From NCBI RefSeq assembly GCF_006345805.1, contig NC_043009.1, forward strand, positions 43,834,001 to 43,898,000: a DNA stretch of 64,000 bases, written 5' to 3'. The stretch comes from Octopus sinensis. Taxonomy: Eukaryota. Each line of letters opens with the position of its first letter. Positions within the stretch are counted from its first letter, which is position 1. Both the position numbers and the translations under genes were made by a program. Under the pieces are notes generated by a model that saw nothing but the letters and a program-made list of their open reading frames with translations, was not told where the DNA came from and did no database searches. Below, in pieces: positions 51,908 to 64,000 of this stretch.

Positions 51908-54900
51908 GCAATATGTCTCGACGATTAAAAAATTTGGTTGGGAAAATCTTTTTGAGCTCTCAAGTATATTGAGGCAGTGATTAGCGTATTATATTTCTCA
52001 ACATGTCTGAAGGAATGTATATGCCGAGTACATCTAGCCTTCAACGTGTTGACAGTCAGACAAATAAAACAACTGTCATGTTCTTTCTGAGAAGTTTAAA
52101 TGTATATATTAAATAATATCTTGTAGCTTGATACAATTTACCTCTCCGTGTGACCCTCATAATCGTGAAACTACTAGCTACGATGAAGGAATAATATCAG
52201 CTTTTGATAAAAAACAAAAATATGTGTACAGTACCTGTTTGTATTGAGTACTTCTATATTTTAGTTATATATTCAAGCGCAAACAAAATCAAATACATAC
52301 CTATATATGAATGTGTGTTTGAGTCTGAGAGCAAATGTGTCTGTGATTGTGTGTGAGTACGTGTGTACATACGAACCATACACACTCACCCTTGCTTTCT
52401 TTTTACCTCTTACTCGCATATATGTATGTGTGCGTATGTATGTGTGTGTGTATATTCATATACATATATGTATGTGTGTATACACACACACGCACACACA
52501 CACGCAAACGCACACACACACTCACACACACACACACATACACACACACACACACACACACATTGCACTTAAGAAACATAATACTATGAGCACATACATG
52601 TCACACTAAAAGCAAATAAAAGTGAAACCGAAAAAATTGTTTGCGGATATGACATTGGAAACCGTAAACTACAGGATGCATGAGCTGATAGCAGACTATA
52701 GAATGAAAGTCCAAGAAACTGCACTGCAAATCTGTCATTACGTGAGAGTAGGCTGCAAGAGTTTAATGAACTGTTTGATAAAAAATTAAATGCTTTACGC
52801 GACTGACGTCATCAGCTTAATACGTCTCTTACTGCAGACGTCAGACTGAGACAATACTGCAGACGATATTGCAGACAACATTGCTTTGCATTGACTTTTG
52901 ATACAGACGTTATTGTAGTAGTTGTTTTCATCCTCACGTCAGCCCAAATTGAACAGAGTGACTTATGACAAAAGGCGTCCCCAACCTGACCATCCTGTTT
53001 CTATTTTTAAAGTTTAGACATAGTCAATGTAGAATTACGCTATTCAATGCCTTCTCTCATTTGTTTGTTTTTGACGGGAGAATGTGATATGAGAATAATT
53101 TAGCTGTCTTTCTTGTAGTTCGAATGGTCACGTGAAAGCTTCGCCGTTGTTTCATATATCAAAAAGGAGATACTTGAGATTAAAATTATAAGAATGAACT
53201 GGGAAACATGGATGTTCTAGAAGGTATTGTACTGCATAGAACCTGCCTATGTCATAGTGTCGTATTGAAGTTTATGTATAAGTCACTTAATTCCTCAATC
53301 GCACAATTTACTATACACAGGCATTAAGAGATAGGAGCAAAAACCTTCGGATCTGAGGTATTTCTTAGTCCAGTAACGAAACACCATCAATCATCATGGG
53401 CCTTACTATTGAATCTGTAATCTAGTTCGGATAGTAAACTACTTGTTATGGCTAGAATTAGTTGTTCATATTGATTCTTTGCGAGACACAGTAGGGTGTT
53501 TCTTTTGGTTTGGTTTTAGCGACAGCCAAGACACATTCCTTTCTGGCAGGAGTGGTGGTTGTTTTGTTAAACGATAGGGTAAGAAGTATATCGTGTGCTT
53601 CTTTCTTTGAAAATGATTTGGTCATAATGAAAGACTAAACCAAAATAATACTAAGCAGATTTTGTTCTATCTTGAGATAGGTCATTTTGCTAATGATAAA
53701 CACTTTCACTGGTTCTATTTCCCTTTTTTATTTGTCAATTTTTAAAATCATGTAGCCGATTGTTTGATGAAACGTTCGTTTAATCAATCAAACGGTTAAG
53801 TATTTCAAACTTCTTTCGTCGTTATCCATGCCTTCAATACTGACATGACCCATTTGGCAAATATAAAGTGAAACAGAACAAGTGCGTGTGTTTCTTATTT
53901 GGATGCTGACCCCCCCGAGATACAACAAAATATGTCTCAACACACAAGTTGACATCGAGAATCTTGCAAACCGGGTACGACAACGAAATTCGAAGCAGAA
54001 TTTTAGAGAGGACACAGAGACCATTCCGTGCTAAAAACATAAAATCGAATACTTATGCAGGTATTTTGTCACTTTCGGAAAACATACGCCACAATTTTGG
54101 ATTGATAAGTCAGAAAAGTAGAGAGAATTAGCGAAAAGAGCTATCATTATAAAACCAGAGTGAACTAAGTTGGTGGGCTGGCAGAATCGTTAGAGCGTTG
54201 GACAAATTGCTGGGGTTATTTTTTCCAGATCTGTACGTTCCGAGTTCAAAATTCACGTCCCACGCTATTTCTTTTTCCGTGTTCTTTTTCTCTTTAAGTT
54301 TTTCTTACTTTACAACTTTGATTATACCGACTTCTGAACATGCTTCAGCAATGGTTCCATGGCATTTTTTACAAACTACTCTAAGCTGTTTTTCTCTGCT
54401 TCTACACATTCCTGGCAACTGATCAAACTTCTACCATCCTTTCTTCTGGACAGTACAGCCTAACAGTATCACACTTGGGATGAAATGCTCCTTGCACTAT
54501 TATTATTATTGCCTTTCATCTTTTGGAATCAATAAAATTAGTGCCAGTTGAACACTGGAGTCAAAGAAATCGACTAGCACCTCCCCACAAACTTCAAGCT
54601 TTGTGCTTATAATAGGAAGGATTATTATTATTATTATATTATTATTATTATTAGACCAAGAAAGGGCGCTTGATACCCGAAGTGTCAGCTAGCGCTCACA
54701 GCGCTCTGCTAGTCGGTCAATGCAGTCGGTAGCAGCTCCACTATGGAGTTCTACAGGAGATTAGTATTTTTATCGAGGCACCATCTCCATCAAAGTAGTC
54801 CGCCAAGGCGGCTGAGGCCTTGCTCCCCTGGTTTTGAACTCAGAGTGGTCCTTCTCATAGGCTTTTTGCCATTCAAGGTTAACGAGTACAACCTATCCGG

Positions 54901-55092
54901 AGCACTGGTTATTTGAAAACGCCAGATGCTCGCCTTTTCCCACTCTTCTCCTATTGGATTGGTGGTGGAGTCCGGCTTGACTGGCCGGGGATCAGTGTTG
55001 CGCAGACCATTGGGGCATTTTATAAGTAATGGATACTGAAATCTCCTCACCACCCCGGCATTGGCAGAAGAGAAAAAAGTATAAGAGAGAAA

Positions 55093-55155
<63 letters not shown>

Positions 55156-55387
55156 AAGAGAGAGATAGGTTGATAGAAAATGAATGAAAGGAAAAGGAAA
55201 ATAAGATCAACTAGGGAGGAATAAAGACAGAACGAGTTCGGTATATTCCATTCAGATCGACGGCGAGAATAGAACTGCTTAGGAGTGGTTGCAAAAACGG
55301 AAGTGAGGTAGATATTGGACATAAGAGATTATTATTATTATTATTATTATCACTACATCTTTTCTGTTTTCTTTCATATTTCTCTAG

Positions 55388-55483
55388 CGTGTCAAAGTTG
55401 AGAAGACGGCGTTGATTAAACACGACCCGGCCAGCTGGAACATGCTATTGCATTCACAGAAGACAGCCGTTACCAAAATCTAA
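55388..55483 (+). CDS. Candidate terminal coding exon of an unidentified gene (RVKVEKTALIKHDPASWNMLLHSQKTAVTKI*)
   Basis: Long polypyrimidine tract plus TAG acceptor at 55357-55387. Only the phase-0 frame stays open (31 codons). Non-repetitive sequence; no homolog recognised. Confidence 0.35.
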   Translation, partial: RVKVEKTALIKHDPASWNMLLHSQKTAVTKI

Positions 55484-55654
55484 GCAACCGATATGATAGA
55501 CTCGTACAACACTCAATCCACCCCACCACCATCCACCCGGAAGTCGTCACCCTGACAAGTTATTTATTTATATATTCCAAAGACAGACTGAGGAGCCATT
55601 ATTTCCTGATTGCATCTAATGTTTATTGTCTATTTATTTATTTGACCATTTCAC

Positions 55655-55826
55655 TACAGCAGCAGCAACAGCAGCAGCAGCAGGAGCAACAGCGTCATCG
55701 TCAACGTTGTAACCATCACTGCCATCATAGACATCCCCACCACGACCACTACCCCCCCACCACTGATGCCACATTTACCACCAACGCAATCCCCACAACC
55801 ACTGTCACCACCACTACCCCCACTCT

Positions 55827-55861
<35 letters not shown>

Positions 55862-56345
55862 TGACGAGGACGACGATGACGACTACCAACACAACCATTA
55901 GCACCACGAAAACTATCACCACCACCGCCGCCACCACCACCATCACCATCACCTCCGCCATCACTTCCACTCTCACCGCCACTACTACTACGACGACCAA
56001 CGCCAACACAACCCCCACCACTGACAACAACAGCAGCAGCAGCAGCAGCACCACCACCACCACCACCATCATCATCACCTCCACCTCCACCATCACCTCT
56101 ACCCTCACCGCCACTACTATGACAACCAACACCTTTACAACCACCACAACCACCTCGACCACTACGACAACCACCACCACCACCACCTCGACCACTACGA
56201 CAACCACCACCACGACAACCATCACCACTACTGACAACAACAGCACCACGACGACGACGACGACGACCACCACCACCACCACCGACAACAATGACAACAT
56301 CGATAACAACACTATCAACATGACCAACATTCACCCGCATCATGG
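55655..56345. repeat. ACC/ACT/CAG low-complexity tract with internal 30-bp duplications
   Basis: Direct inspection; translates as poly-Thr on the plus strand. Confidence 0.85.
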
Positions 56346-56427
56346 CTGAGAAACGTCATAAACAGCGTTCTTGAAATGTCAGTAATGTACGTTTGTGTAT
56401 GTGATGTGGTTCTTGATGATGATGATA

Positions 56428-56503
<76 letters not shown>

Positions 56504-56603
56504 TGGTGGTTGTAGTGCTGGTGGTGGTGATACGATGAGATGATAACGACGTCGACAATGGCGATGCTCATGTGTGAGTTGTGTGTGTGCGTATATATAT
56601 ATA

Positions 56604-56673
<70 letters not shown>

Positions 56674-56699
56674 TATCTATACATATATATATTATATAA

Positions 56700-56739
<40 letters not shown>

Positions 56740-56741
56740 AT

Positions 56742-56776
<35 letters not shown>

Positions 56777-56831
56777 CTATATATAAATATATATATATAT
56801 ATATATAATATATACATACTACATATATATA

Positions 56832-56922
<91 letters not shown>

Positions 56923-57644
56923 GGCATATAAATATACAACTGTGCCGATGAGTGTGTAATCGACATAGACGTGGGGTTGTCTGTAAGTGTATATGTAAAC
57001 AATGAAAAACGCTTGGAAATTACGGATTAGCTCTCACAGACGCTCGGACGCAACTGTGAGTGAGTGTGTGTGCACACGCGTGGCTCTGTGCGCGCGCGCG
57101 TGTGTGTGTGTGTGTGTATACATCTGCTTTTTCTCGTCATTCCATTCTGTAGAAGAACGTCGGCTCAAAACGCACAAGGCTTCTTCCATTCTTCCAGAGC
57201 GTTAAAGTTTGTATGTATGTGTGAGTGTAAGTACACACAAACACACACATACACACACCTATAATTCTCAGAAGAAAGATGTTCTTAAAATAAACCTATT
57301 AATTACATACAAAATGCCTAAGAAAAACCGAATGACAGAACAATTTGGGAGGAAATTTTCATATTGTGTGTAGGCGCTTTGTTGGTAAGTTGTATATATG
57401 GATTACTTACAAGCTATACGCACCACGCCATAACACGTGTGTTTGAAAAACGTATAGGAGCGAAAGTGTTTATACACAAAACGAAAATTTCCTTCCTAAA
57501 AATTCGTGTCATTCTGAGACTTTTTTACGCAGTAAATAACTTTATTTTAAGAAAAACTTTTCTTTAAATTTTTGTGTGCAACAAGCATTTTTTCAACACC
57601 TTACACACATACACACTGTATATATATTTATATACACACACACA

Positions 57645-57680
<36 letters not shown>

Positions 57681-58057
57681 ATACACACACACAAATATAC
57701 AAGCATACAAAACATACGTACATGCAACAGTAACATCGTGAAAAGTAATATTAACTATCTAGGAACATCAAAAAAATTGTTATATTAATTAGTCATCTAT
57801 TTCGTATCAGTTCAGAGTCTTATGGAATCGGAATAAGGATAGCCAATCATATATGTTAATTCTTGAGTGATAATTGTGATATTGGAGAATATCTAATATT
57901 AGAACTGTTTCTTTTAGTTCCCTCTTTGAGTTCAATATTTGGCAGAAAAGGCTACTTTAACCGTAAAATAAACGTTAGACTTTTTAGGTGCTTGGAAAAT
58001 TACTACTACTACTACGAAAACAACAACAACAACAATGATAATGAATAAATGAATGAA

Positions 58058-58089
<32 letters not shown>

Positions 58090-58221
58090 AATAATTTCTA
58101 CTATAGGCAGAAAGGCCTGAAATTTTCGGAGGGGGATAGTAGTTTTATCGACCCCCAAAAGGATGAAAAGCAAAGTCGACCTCGGCAGAACAATAACAAC
58201 AACAACAACAACAACATCAGC

Positions 58222-58255
<34 letters not shown>

Positions 58256-58272
58256 ACAACAGCAGCAGCAGC

Positions 58273-58323
<51 letters not shown>

Positions 58324-58548
58324 TAATAATAAGGCTTTCAGATTTTGGCTCAGGGCCAGAAATTTCGGGTAAGGGGATAAGTCGATTGCATCGATCCCAG
58401 TGTGAAACAGGTATTTATTTTATCAACTCGAAAAGGATGAAAGGGAAAGTCGACCTCGGCGGAAATCGAACTCAGATCGTAAAGACGGACGAAATGCCGT
58501 TAAGCGTTTTGCATGTCGTGCTAACGATTCTGCTTAGCTCTCCGCCCA
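58090..58548 (-). mobile_element. Two SINE C-type copies separated by (AAC)/(AAT)n
   Basis: Both contain AAAGGATGAAA..AAAGTCGACCTCGGC (reverse complement of the core). Confidence 0.8.
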
Positions 58549-58639
58549 AGAAGAAGAAGAAGAAGAAGAAGAAGAAGAAGAAGAAGAAGAAGAAGAAGAA
58601 GAAGAAGAAGAAGAAGAAGAAGAAGAAGAAGAAGAAGAG

Positions 58640-58670
<31 letters not shown>

Positions 58671-59044
58671 AACAACAGTAATAATGACGATGACTATGAT
58701 GATGATGGTTCCTTTTATTGCTAGGGCCGGAGATAATGAAGGACAAAATACAGCATGCAAAACTGAGAGGTTCACTTTGAGCAAAAAGGAAACAGATTGA
58801 ATAAAAATAATTATAATTCAGAAAAATACATAGATGAATAAATAAAATCTCTAATAGCGGGGGAAGTCTTCTTAAGGTAATTCGGGGGAAAATCCTTCTT
58901 TAAACGCCCCGGTTTATTTCGCCGTCTTGAAGGCATCGGAAATGCCATCTTCCAGTTTCTTCTATCCAATTTAGAATGGATATACTCGGAGTAGGTCCAT
59001 TCAGCCTCACCAGACTTGCAACACACACACACATATATATGTAT

Positions 59045-59205
59045 ATACGACGGGCTTCTTTTAGTTTCCGTCTACCAAATCCACTCACCAGGCTTTAATC
59101 GGCCCGAAGCTATAGTAGAAAACACTTGCCCAAGGTGCCACGCGGTGGGAATGAACCCGGAACCATGTGGTTGGTAAGCAAGCTATTTACCACACAGCCA
59201 TTCCT
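59045..59205 (-). mobile_element. SINE A 5' half
   Basis: Reverse complement of the family A head/core. Confidence 0.8.
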
Positions 59206-59234
59206 TACTACTTCCTGTACGACCACCACATGTA

Positions 59235-59600
59235 AGTCGAATTTGCCTTTCATCCTTTCGGGGTCGATAAAATAAAGTACCGGTCACATAGTGGGGTCGA
59301 TGGTTTCGATTACTCACCCTCCCCTCAAAATTAATGGCCTTGTGCCAAAACTTGAAACCATTATTATTCGTAGTATTTGACAGCGAGTTAGCAGAGTTAT
59401 TAATTAGCACTTCAAACAAAATACATAACAGCGTTTCGTCAGGAACTTTACTTTCTGTGTTCAAATACCGCCAAGGTCGACTTACCCTTTTTCTCTTTCT
59501 GGGGTCGACAAAATAACTACAAGTTAAACACTGGGGTCAATGTAATCGAGTTACACCTCCCCTAAAATTGGTGGCCTTGCGCCAAAATTTGAAACCGTTG
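59235..59600 (+). mobile_element. Two tandem diverged SINE C-type copies with GGCCTTG(T/C)GCCAAAA(C/T)TTGAAACC tail
   Basis: Core at about 59240 and about 59475. Confidence 0.75.
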
Positions 59601-60180
59601 TTATTATTTTTGTCAGTGTTGTTGCTGTTGTTGTTGATATTGTCGTTGTGGTTGTTTTTGTCGCCAGAAATATCTACCAGGCATTGAATTATCAAACGTC
59701 TTCCCATTGGCATTGACGAGGGAGAGATGCTGGTCTTCAGACTAGTCTCCGTGGTGCCGGAAATTCTACAGACTGGATAGCATATCACTATTGTTGATTT
59801 TACTCCTCATCCGCTTCCATTTTCCTTCTATTGATATATGCACCATAAATACAATCCTTGCCAAATGCACTCTACACATTGAGGTAGGCGTCTATAGAAT
59901 TGATGACGGCTATCACTATATGTTTGTGTTATATAATATGTATGTATGTATATATATGTATATATATATGTGCGTGTGTGTGTGTATATGTATATATATA
60001 TGTGTATATGTATATATATATATGTATGCATATATATATATATATATGTTTGTACGCATACATCCACACCCACATACACACAATACATATGTATACATTA
60101 TATATATATATATATATATATATATGCATTTGGATACGCATGTTTGTTTTTTTCTATCAACACCTACACATCCATATATG

Positions 60181-60233
<53 letters not shown>

Positions 60234-60620
60234 ATATATATATATGTGCGCGTTTGTATGTGTCTATGTATGCGCGTATGCATATATGTGTATGTATATG
60301 TACACATATATGCGCACACACATATACATACATGCGTACATGCATACATGCATACAAACATACACACGTACGTGTATATGTGTGTGGCTATGTGTATGTG
60401 TAAGTTTGTGTGTGTGTGTGCGTGAGTAATAATTGTTTTTAAGTTTGGAAGCGGATGTATTTTGTGTGAAATTTGTACCAAAAATGATTCACACAAAGGA
60501 TGCAAAAATGATGCGAAGAACAATATATAAATATACATACAGGTCGCATGTATATACAAATAATTCGTATTCACTACAAGGAAGCACACACATTATACTT
60601 ATAATATATACATCTATATA

Positions 60621-61167
60621 AGGCGGCGAGCTGGCAGAAACGCTAGCACGTCGGGTGAAATACGTAGCCGTATTTCGTCTGCCGTTACGTTCTGAGTTCA
60701 AATTCCGCCGAGGTCGACTTTGCCTTTCATCCTTTCGGGGTCGATTAAATAAGTACCAGTTACGCACTGGGGTCGATATAATCGACTTAATGCGTTTGTC
60801 TGTCCTTGTTTGTCCTCTCTGTGTTTAGCCCCTTGTGGGTAGTAAAGAAATAGGTATTTCGTCTGCCGCTACGTTCTGAGTTCAAATTCCGCCAAGGTCG
60901 ACTTTGCCTTTCATCCTTTCGGGGTCGATTAAATAAGTACCAGTTACGGACTGGGGTCGATGTAATCGACTTAATCCGTTTGTTTGTCCTCACTGTGTTT
61001 AGCTCCTTGTGGGTAGTAAAGAAATAGGTATTTCGTCTGTCTTTATGTTCTGAGTTCAAATTATGCCGTGGTCGACTCTGCCTTTCATCCTTTCGGAGTC
61101 GATAAATTAAGTATCGCCTGGTCCCCCTCCACCCAAATTATGGGCCTTGTGCCTTGAGTAGAAAAGA
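60621..61167 (+). mobile_element. SINE C trimer
   Basis: TATTTCGTCTG recurs at 60671, 60855 and 61029; junction AAAGAAATAGG-TATTTCGTCTG. Confidence 0.92.
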
Positions 61168-61218
61168 ATATATATATTTACATATATTTGTATACATGTG
61201 TATATGTATAGACACACA

Positions 61219-61286
<68 letters not shown>

Positions 61287-61289
<3 letters not shown>

Positions 61290-61471
61290 TATGGGTGGCT
61301 AAATCGTAATTTTACAGTTTAAAGGCAAAAATATATATGTCACTAAAGTGAACAATATCACTAATCCGCACCAATATTGCTAGAAGTTAGAGTCAAAATC
61401 TCACTAGCCAACAAAAGCACTCTCTTAATGAGCTTTAGGTTGTAAAATTGCGAATTAGCCACCCCATATTA
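61287..61471. mobile_element. MITE with about 30-bp imperfect TIRs and TA-rich ends (Tc1/mariner-like)
   Basis: TAATATGGGTGGCTAAATCGTAATTTTACA versus reverse complement TAATATGGGGTGGCTAATTCGCAATTTTACA. Confidence 0.7.
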
Positions 61472-61834
61472 TCTATAATTTTCACTTTTTTCGTTTTTGA
61501 AATCGGCGTATGATCTCAACGGAAATCTTATAAGCTGACAGCGCGAGATGAGTTCAACCCTAGGCCTCCTCTTTGAGAAACACTGATTTAACCTAATATT
61601 GAGACACCAGCAAAAGAAGAAATAAAGAAGAAAAAATATTTTATTCACAACAAATATGCAACAGAAGAATTTAAAGTACCAGTAATGATAAGGCTGTTGA
61701 CTGGGAGAACACAAACATGGTTTAAACAGTAAGCTTGGCAGGAAAGAAACGTGCCTTTAAGCAGTACAAAAAAACCCAAATAAATGGAAAGTGCAGTTAT
61801 GTACAGGTTGACAGAAGAAAAGGAGGAAAAAAAA

Positions 61835-62010
61835 GGCTTTATCGATCGCATTCTCACTTGGAATCGATTTTTGTAATTTTTTCAAGACTTATACAAGCCC
61901 TGATACCGTCGGTATCTTCATATCAAATTTGAACGCAATCGGATGGAAGATGCCCGAGATCCTAGAAGACACACAGACAGACAGGCAGAACGGATTTTAT
62001 ATAATAGATA
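61835..62010 (+). mobile_element. 3' part of the Helitron/HINE-like repeat
   Basis: Collinear with 9401-9575. Confidence 0.6.
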
Positions 62011-62127
62011 TACACACGCACACACACACACACACACCACACACACACCACACATACATATACATATAATGTATATACACAAAAACACACACACACACAT
62101 ACACACACACACGCACACGCACACGCA

Positions 62128-62184
<57 letters not shown>

Positions 62185-62477
62185 GTTCGGGGAGAGAGGA
62201 GATAAAAAAGAAACAGCTCATAGAATGAACAGGTATGTGTTTCACAATAAAATCTAACAGCCCTGTTGATTGATCAAGTGTAACAAAATAAAGCTTTGTT
62301 GAAATATAGAAGAACACGACTATCAATGCCGTAACATTATTACAACACCTGTAGTAGCACCTGGACACTTAATTCAGATGTTTAGCTCAAATCTATTTTC
62401 ACCTGTTCCTGAAATGTCAAATAAATCATACTACAATACTTCAATAAACAAATGTATAAGATTTCCGCAATAATAAC

Positions 62478-62545
<68 letters not shown>

Positions 62546-62796
62546 AATAATAATGGTTTCTTTATTAACCACAAAGAATGTGTGTGTGTATATATAAGTG
62601 AGTGTTTTGCGTAGGCACAAGACCTGAAGCTTTATGGGAGAGATATAATCGATTGACCCCACCCCCGTTCTTGTTTCCTTTCATAGTGCCCCGCAAATCG
62701 ATCACTTCCCCCTCCCTCTATCCGTCTATCCGTACATATCTACACTTAAACGTACATGCAAACATATGTCTGTGTAAGGGACAGAGAAAGGGGGGG

Positions 62797-62897
62797 GACA
62801 AAGTCGTTTTCGGCGGAATTTGAGCTCAGAACATAAAGCAAAACGAAATGCCGTTAAGTATTTTGTCCAAGGTGCTGACGATTCTGCCAGCTCGCCA
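62797..62897 (-). mobile_element. SINE C 5' fragment
   Basis: Reverse complement of the GGCGAGCTGGCAGAATCGT head. Confidence 0.75.
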
Positions 62898-62928
62898 TAA
62901 CAACAACAACAACAATAATAATAATAAG

Positions 62929-63150
62929 ATACTAGTGATGATCGGTGCGTTGGGCTCAATCCCATTGAAACTTCAAGACTTCTTAAGGTAGCTGGAAATC
63001 CCATGGAAGATTGATGTCTTACAAAAAGCAGCCTTGTTGGGCACGGCGCATATCTTAACGAAAGTATTATTTGTCTGAGGTCCTTGTTGTGACTTGACAG
63101 ATGACTAAAGACTCCGGTGCATTTTTACCTACACTGTATTACGAAGGAAT
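62929..63150 (+). mobile_element. Very short R4/Dong-like LINE 3' end within (AAT)n
   Basis: ILVMIGALGSIP..L*LEIP..LQKAALLGTAHILTKVLFV*, paralogous to 48540-48690. Flanked by AAT repeats. Confidence 0.8.
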
Positions 63151-63160
63151 AATAATAACG

Positions 63161-63234
<74 letters not shown>

Positions 63235-63249
63235 CATAATAACTGCCCT

Positions 63250-63799
63250 GATGCAGTACCAGACAGTGGCTCTCATGGTTTCTGATCTTATCTCATTGGA
63301 AGTGTTATCATGTACATTGTTTTGTCTTGGTATAAAAGATGGGCTACAGCAAATATTCTGCTCAATACCACAGATTTGCTTGTCAGTTATTTGACCTTAA
63401 CCAGTTGAGCATGTCCCTTAGTGGCTGACGATATGTGCATCTCTGATCACGAGCAGAAGTAGTGGGGGAGCATCATAGCCATGTGTTGAGAGGGATTCTT
63501 TGGGGTTTGAATAGTTCACCTCTGGAAACATGGGTGGTTCTTTCAACATCCTTAAACAACCCTTATTCAGGGACCGTTTGAGCGGTATGGGCTACTCAAC
63601 CTGAAGAAAATTCTAACTGGGCCCCACCTGCAAGGTCATGTGCTGTTTATCTTGATATGATATCATCAATGTCGCGCACATATGGTTGTGATGCATGTGC
63701 CTGGTGTACCCTTATCAGACGGGTAGTCATGATGGGTATATTGGGCTTCGTATATTTTACCCCAGTGTCACTTTGATGGCATGCACTGCTCTCTCACTC

Positions 63800-63800
<1 letters not shown>
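63250..63800. repeat. Unclassified 550-bp insert flanked by (AAT)n on both sides
   Basis: Complex sequence embedded in an AAT tract. Possibly the 3' UTR of another TAA-targeting element; no coding match seen. Confidence 0.35.
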
Positions 63801-63847
<47 letters not shown>

Positions 63848-64000
63848 GACTCCTTTATTAACCATAAGAGTTTACATTAAGGAAAACATTATGGACAGTA
63901 CAGGACAAAACAAAAGAATGTGTATGTATGTGTGTGTGTGAGTTTGTTGTGAAGGTTTTACGTGTAAACAAGACTAACAAAATAATAATAATAATTCATT

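Noticed and set aside
53788-54131. Several 60-78 aa ORFs in unique sequence
   Set aside because: No recognisable motif, stops in all frames, no clear splice signals.
54655-55070. GC-richer segment resembling an RTE-type 5' UTR
   Set aside because: Single copy in the window and no coding evidence; cannot be classified without a search.
56590-56920. Irregular phase shifts within long (TA)n tracts as a possible code
   Set aside because: Indistinguishable from slippage or long-read consensus error.

Overview
Eukaryotic, AT-rich, microsatellite-saturated non-coding DNA with a 100-N gap at 15322-15421. The tRNA-derived SINE types and the (TA)n/(CA)n/(TATG)n/(TCTA)n/(AAT)n load suggest an octopus genome; this is inferred, not proven. 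No complete host gene is present. Nearly all ORFs in the supplied track are microsatellite translations. The recognisable protein-coding remnants are retroelements: three R4/Dong-like REL-endonuclease LINE 3' ends, two CR1-like 3' ends, an RTE 3' end, a 1.5-kb Tx1/L1-type 3' fragment with an open frame, a decayed Penelope-like element (RT thumb plus GIY-YIG), and a possible Gypsy scrap. There are at least four tRNA-SINE families, labelled A-D here (my labels), plus MITE-like and Helitron-like pieces. Three weak plus-strand exon candidates (36766, 42545-42633, 55388-55483) suggest the window may be intronic. The most interesting layer is invisible in the ORF track: about a dozen minimal type-I hammerhead-ribozyme motifs from several sequence families. 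About six have an intact CUGANGA...GAAA core and a palindromic stem III. They include one family linked to a tRNA-like head and one back-to-back inverted pair. Also notable are a 13-mer repeated five times around four stacked SINE insertions, recurrent SINE head-to-tail multimers, and a SINE/LINE shared 3' stem-loop. All calls come from reading the sequence by eye; no database searches were run.
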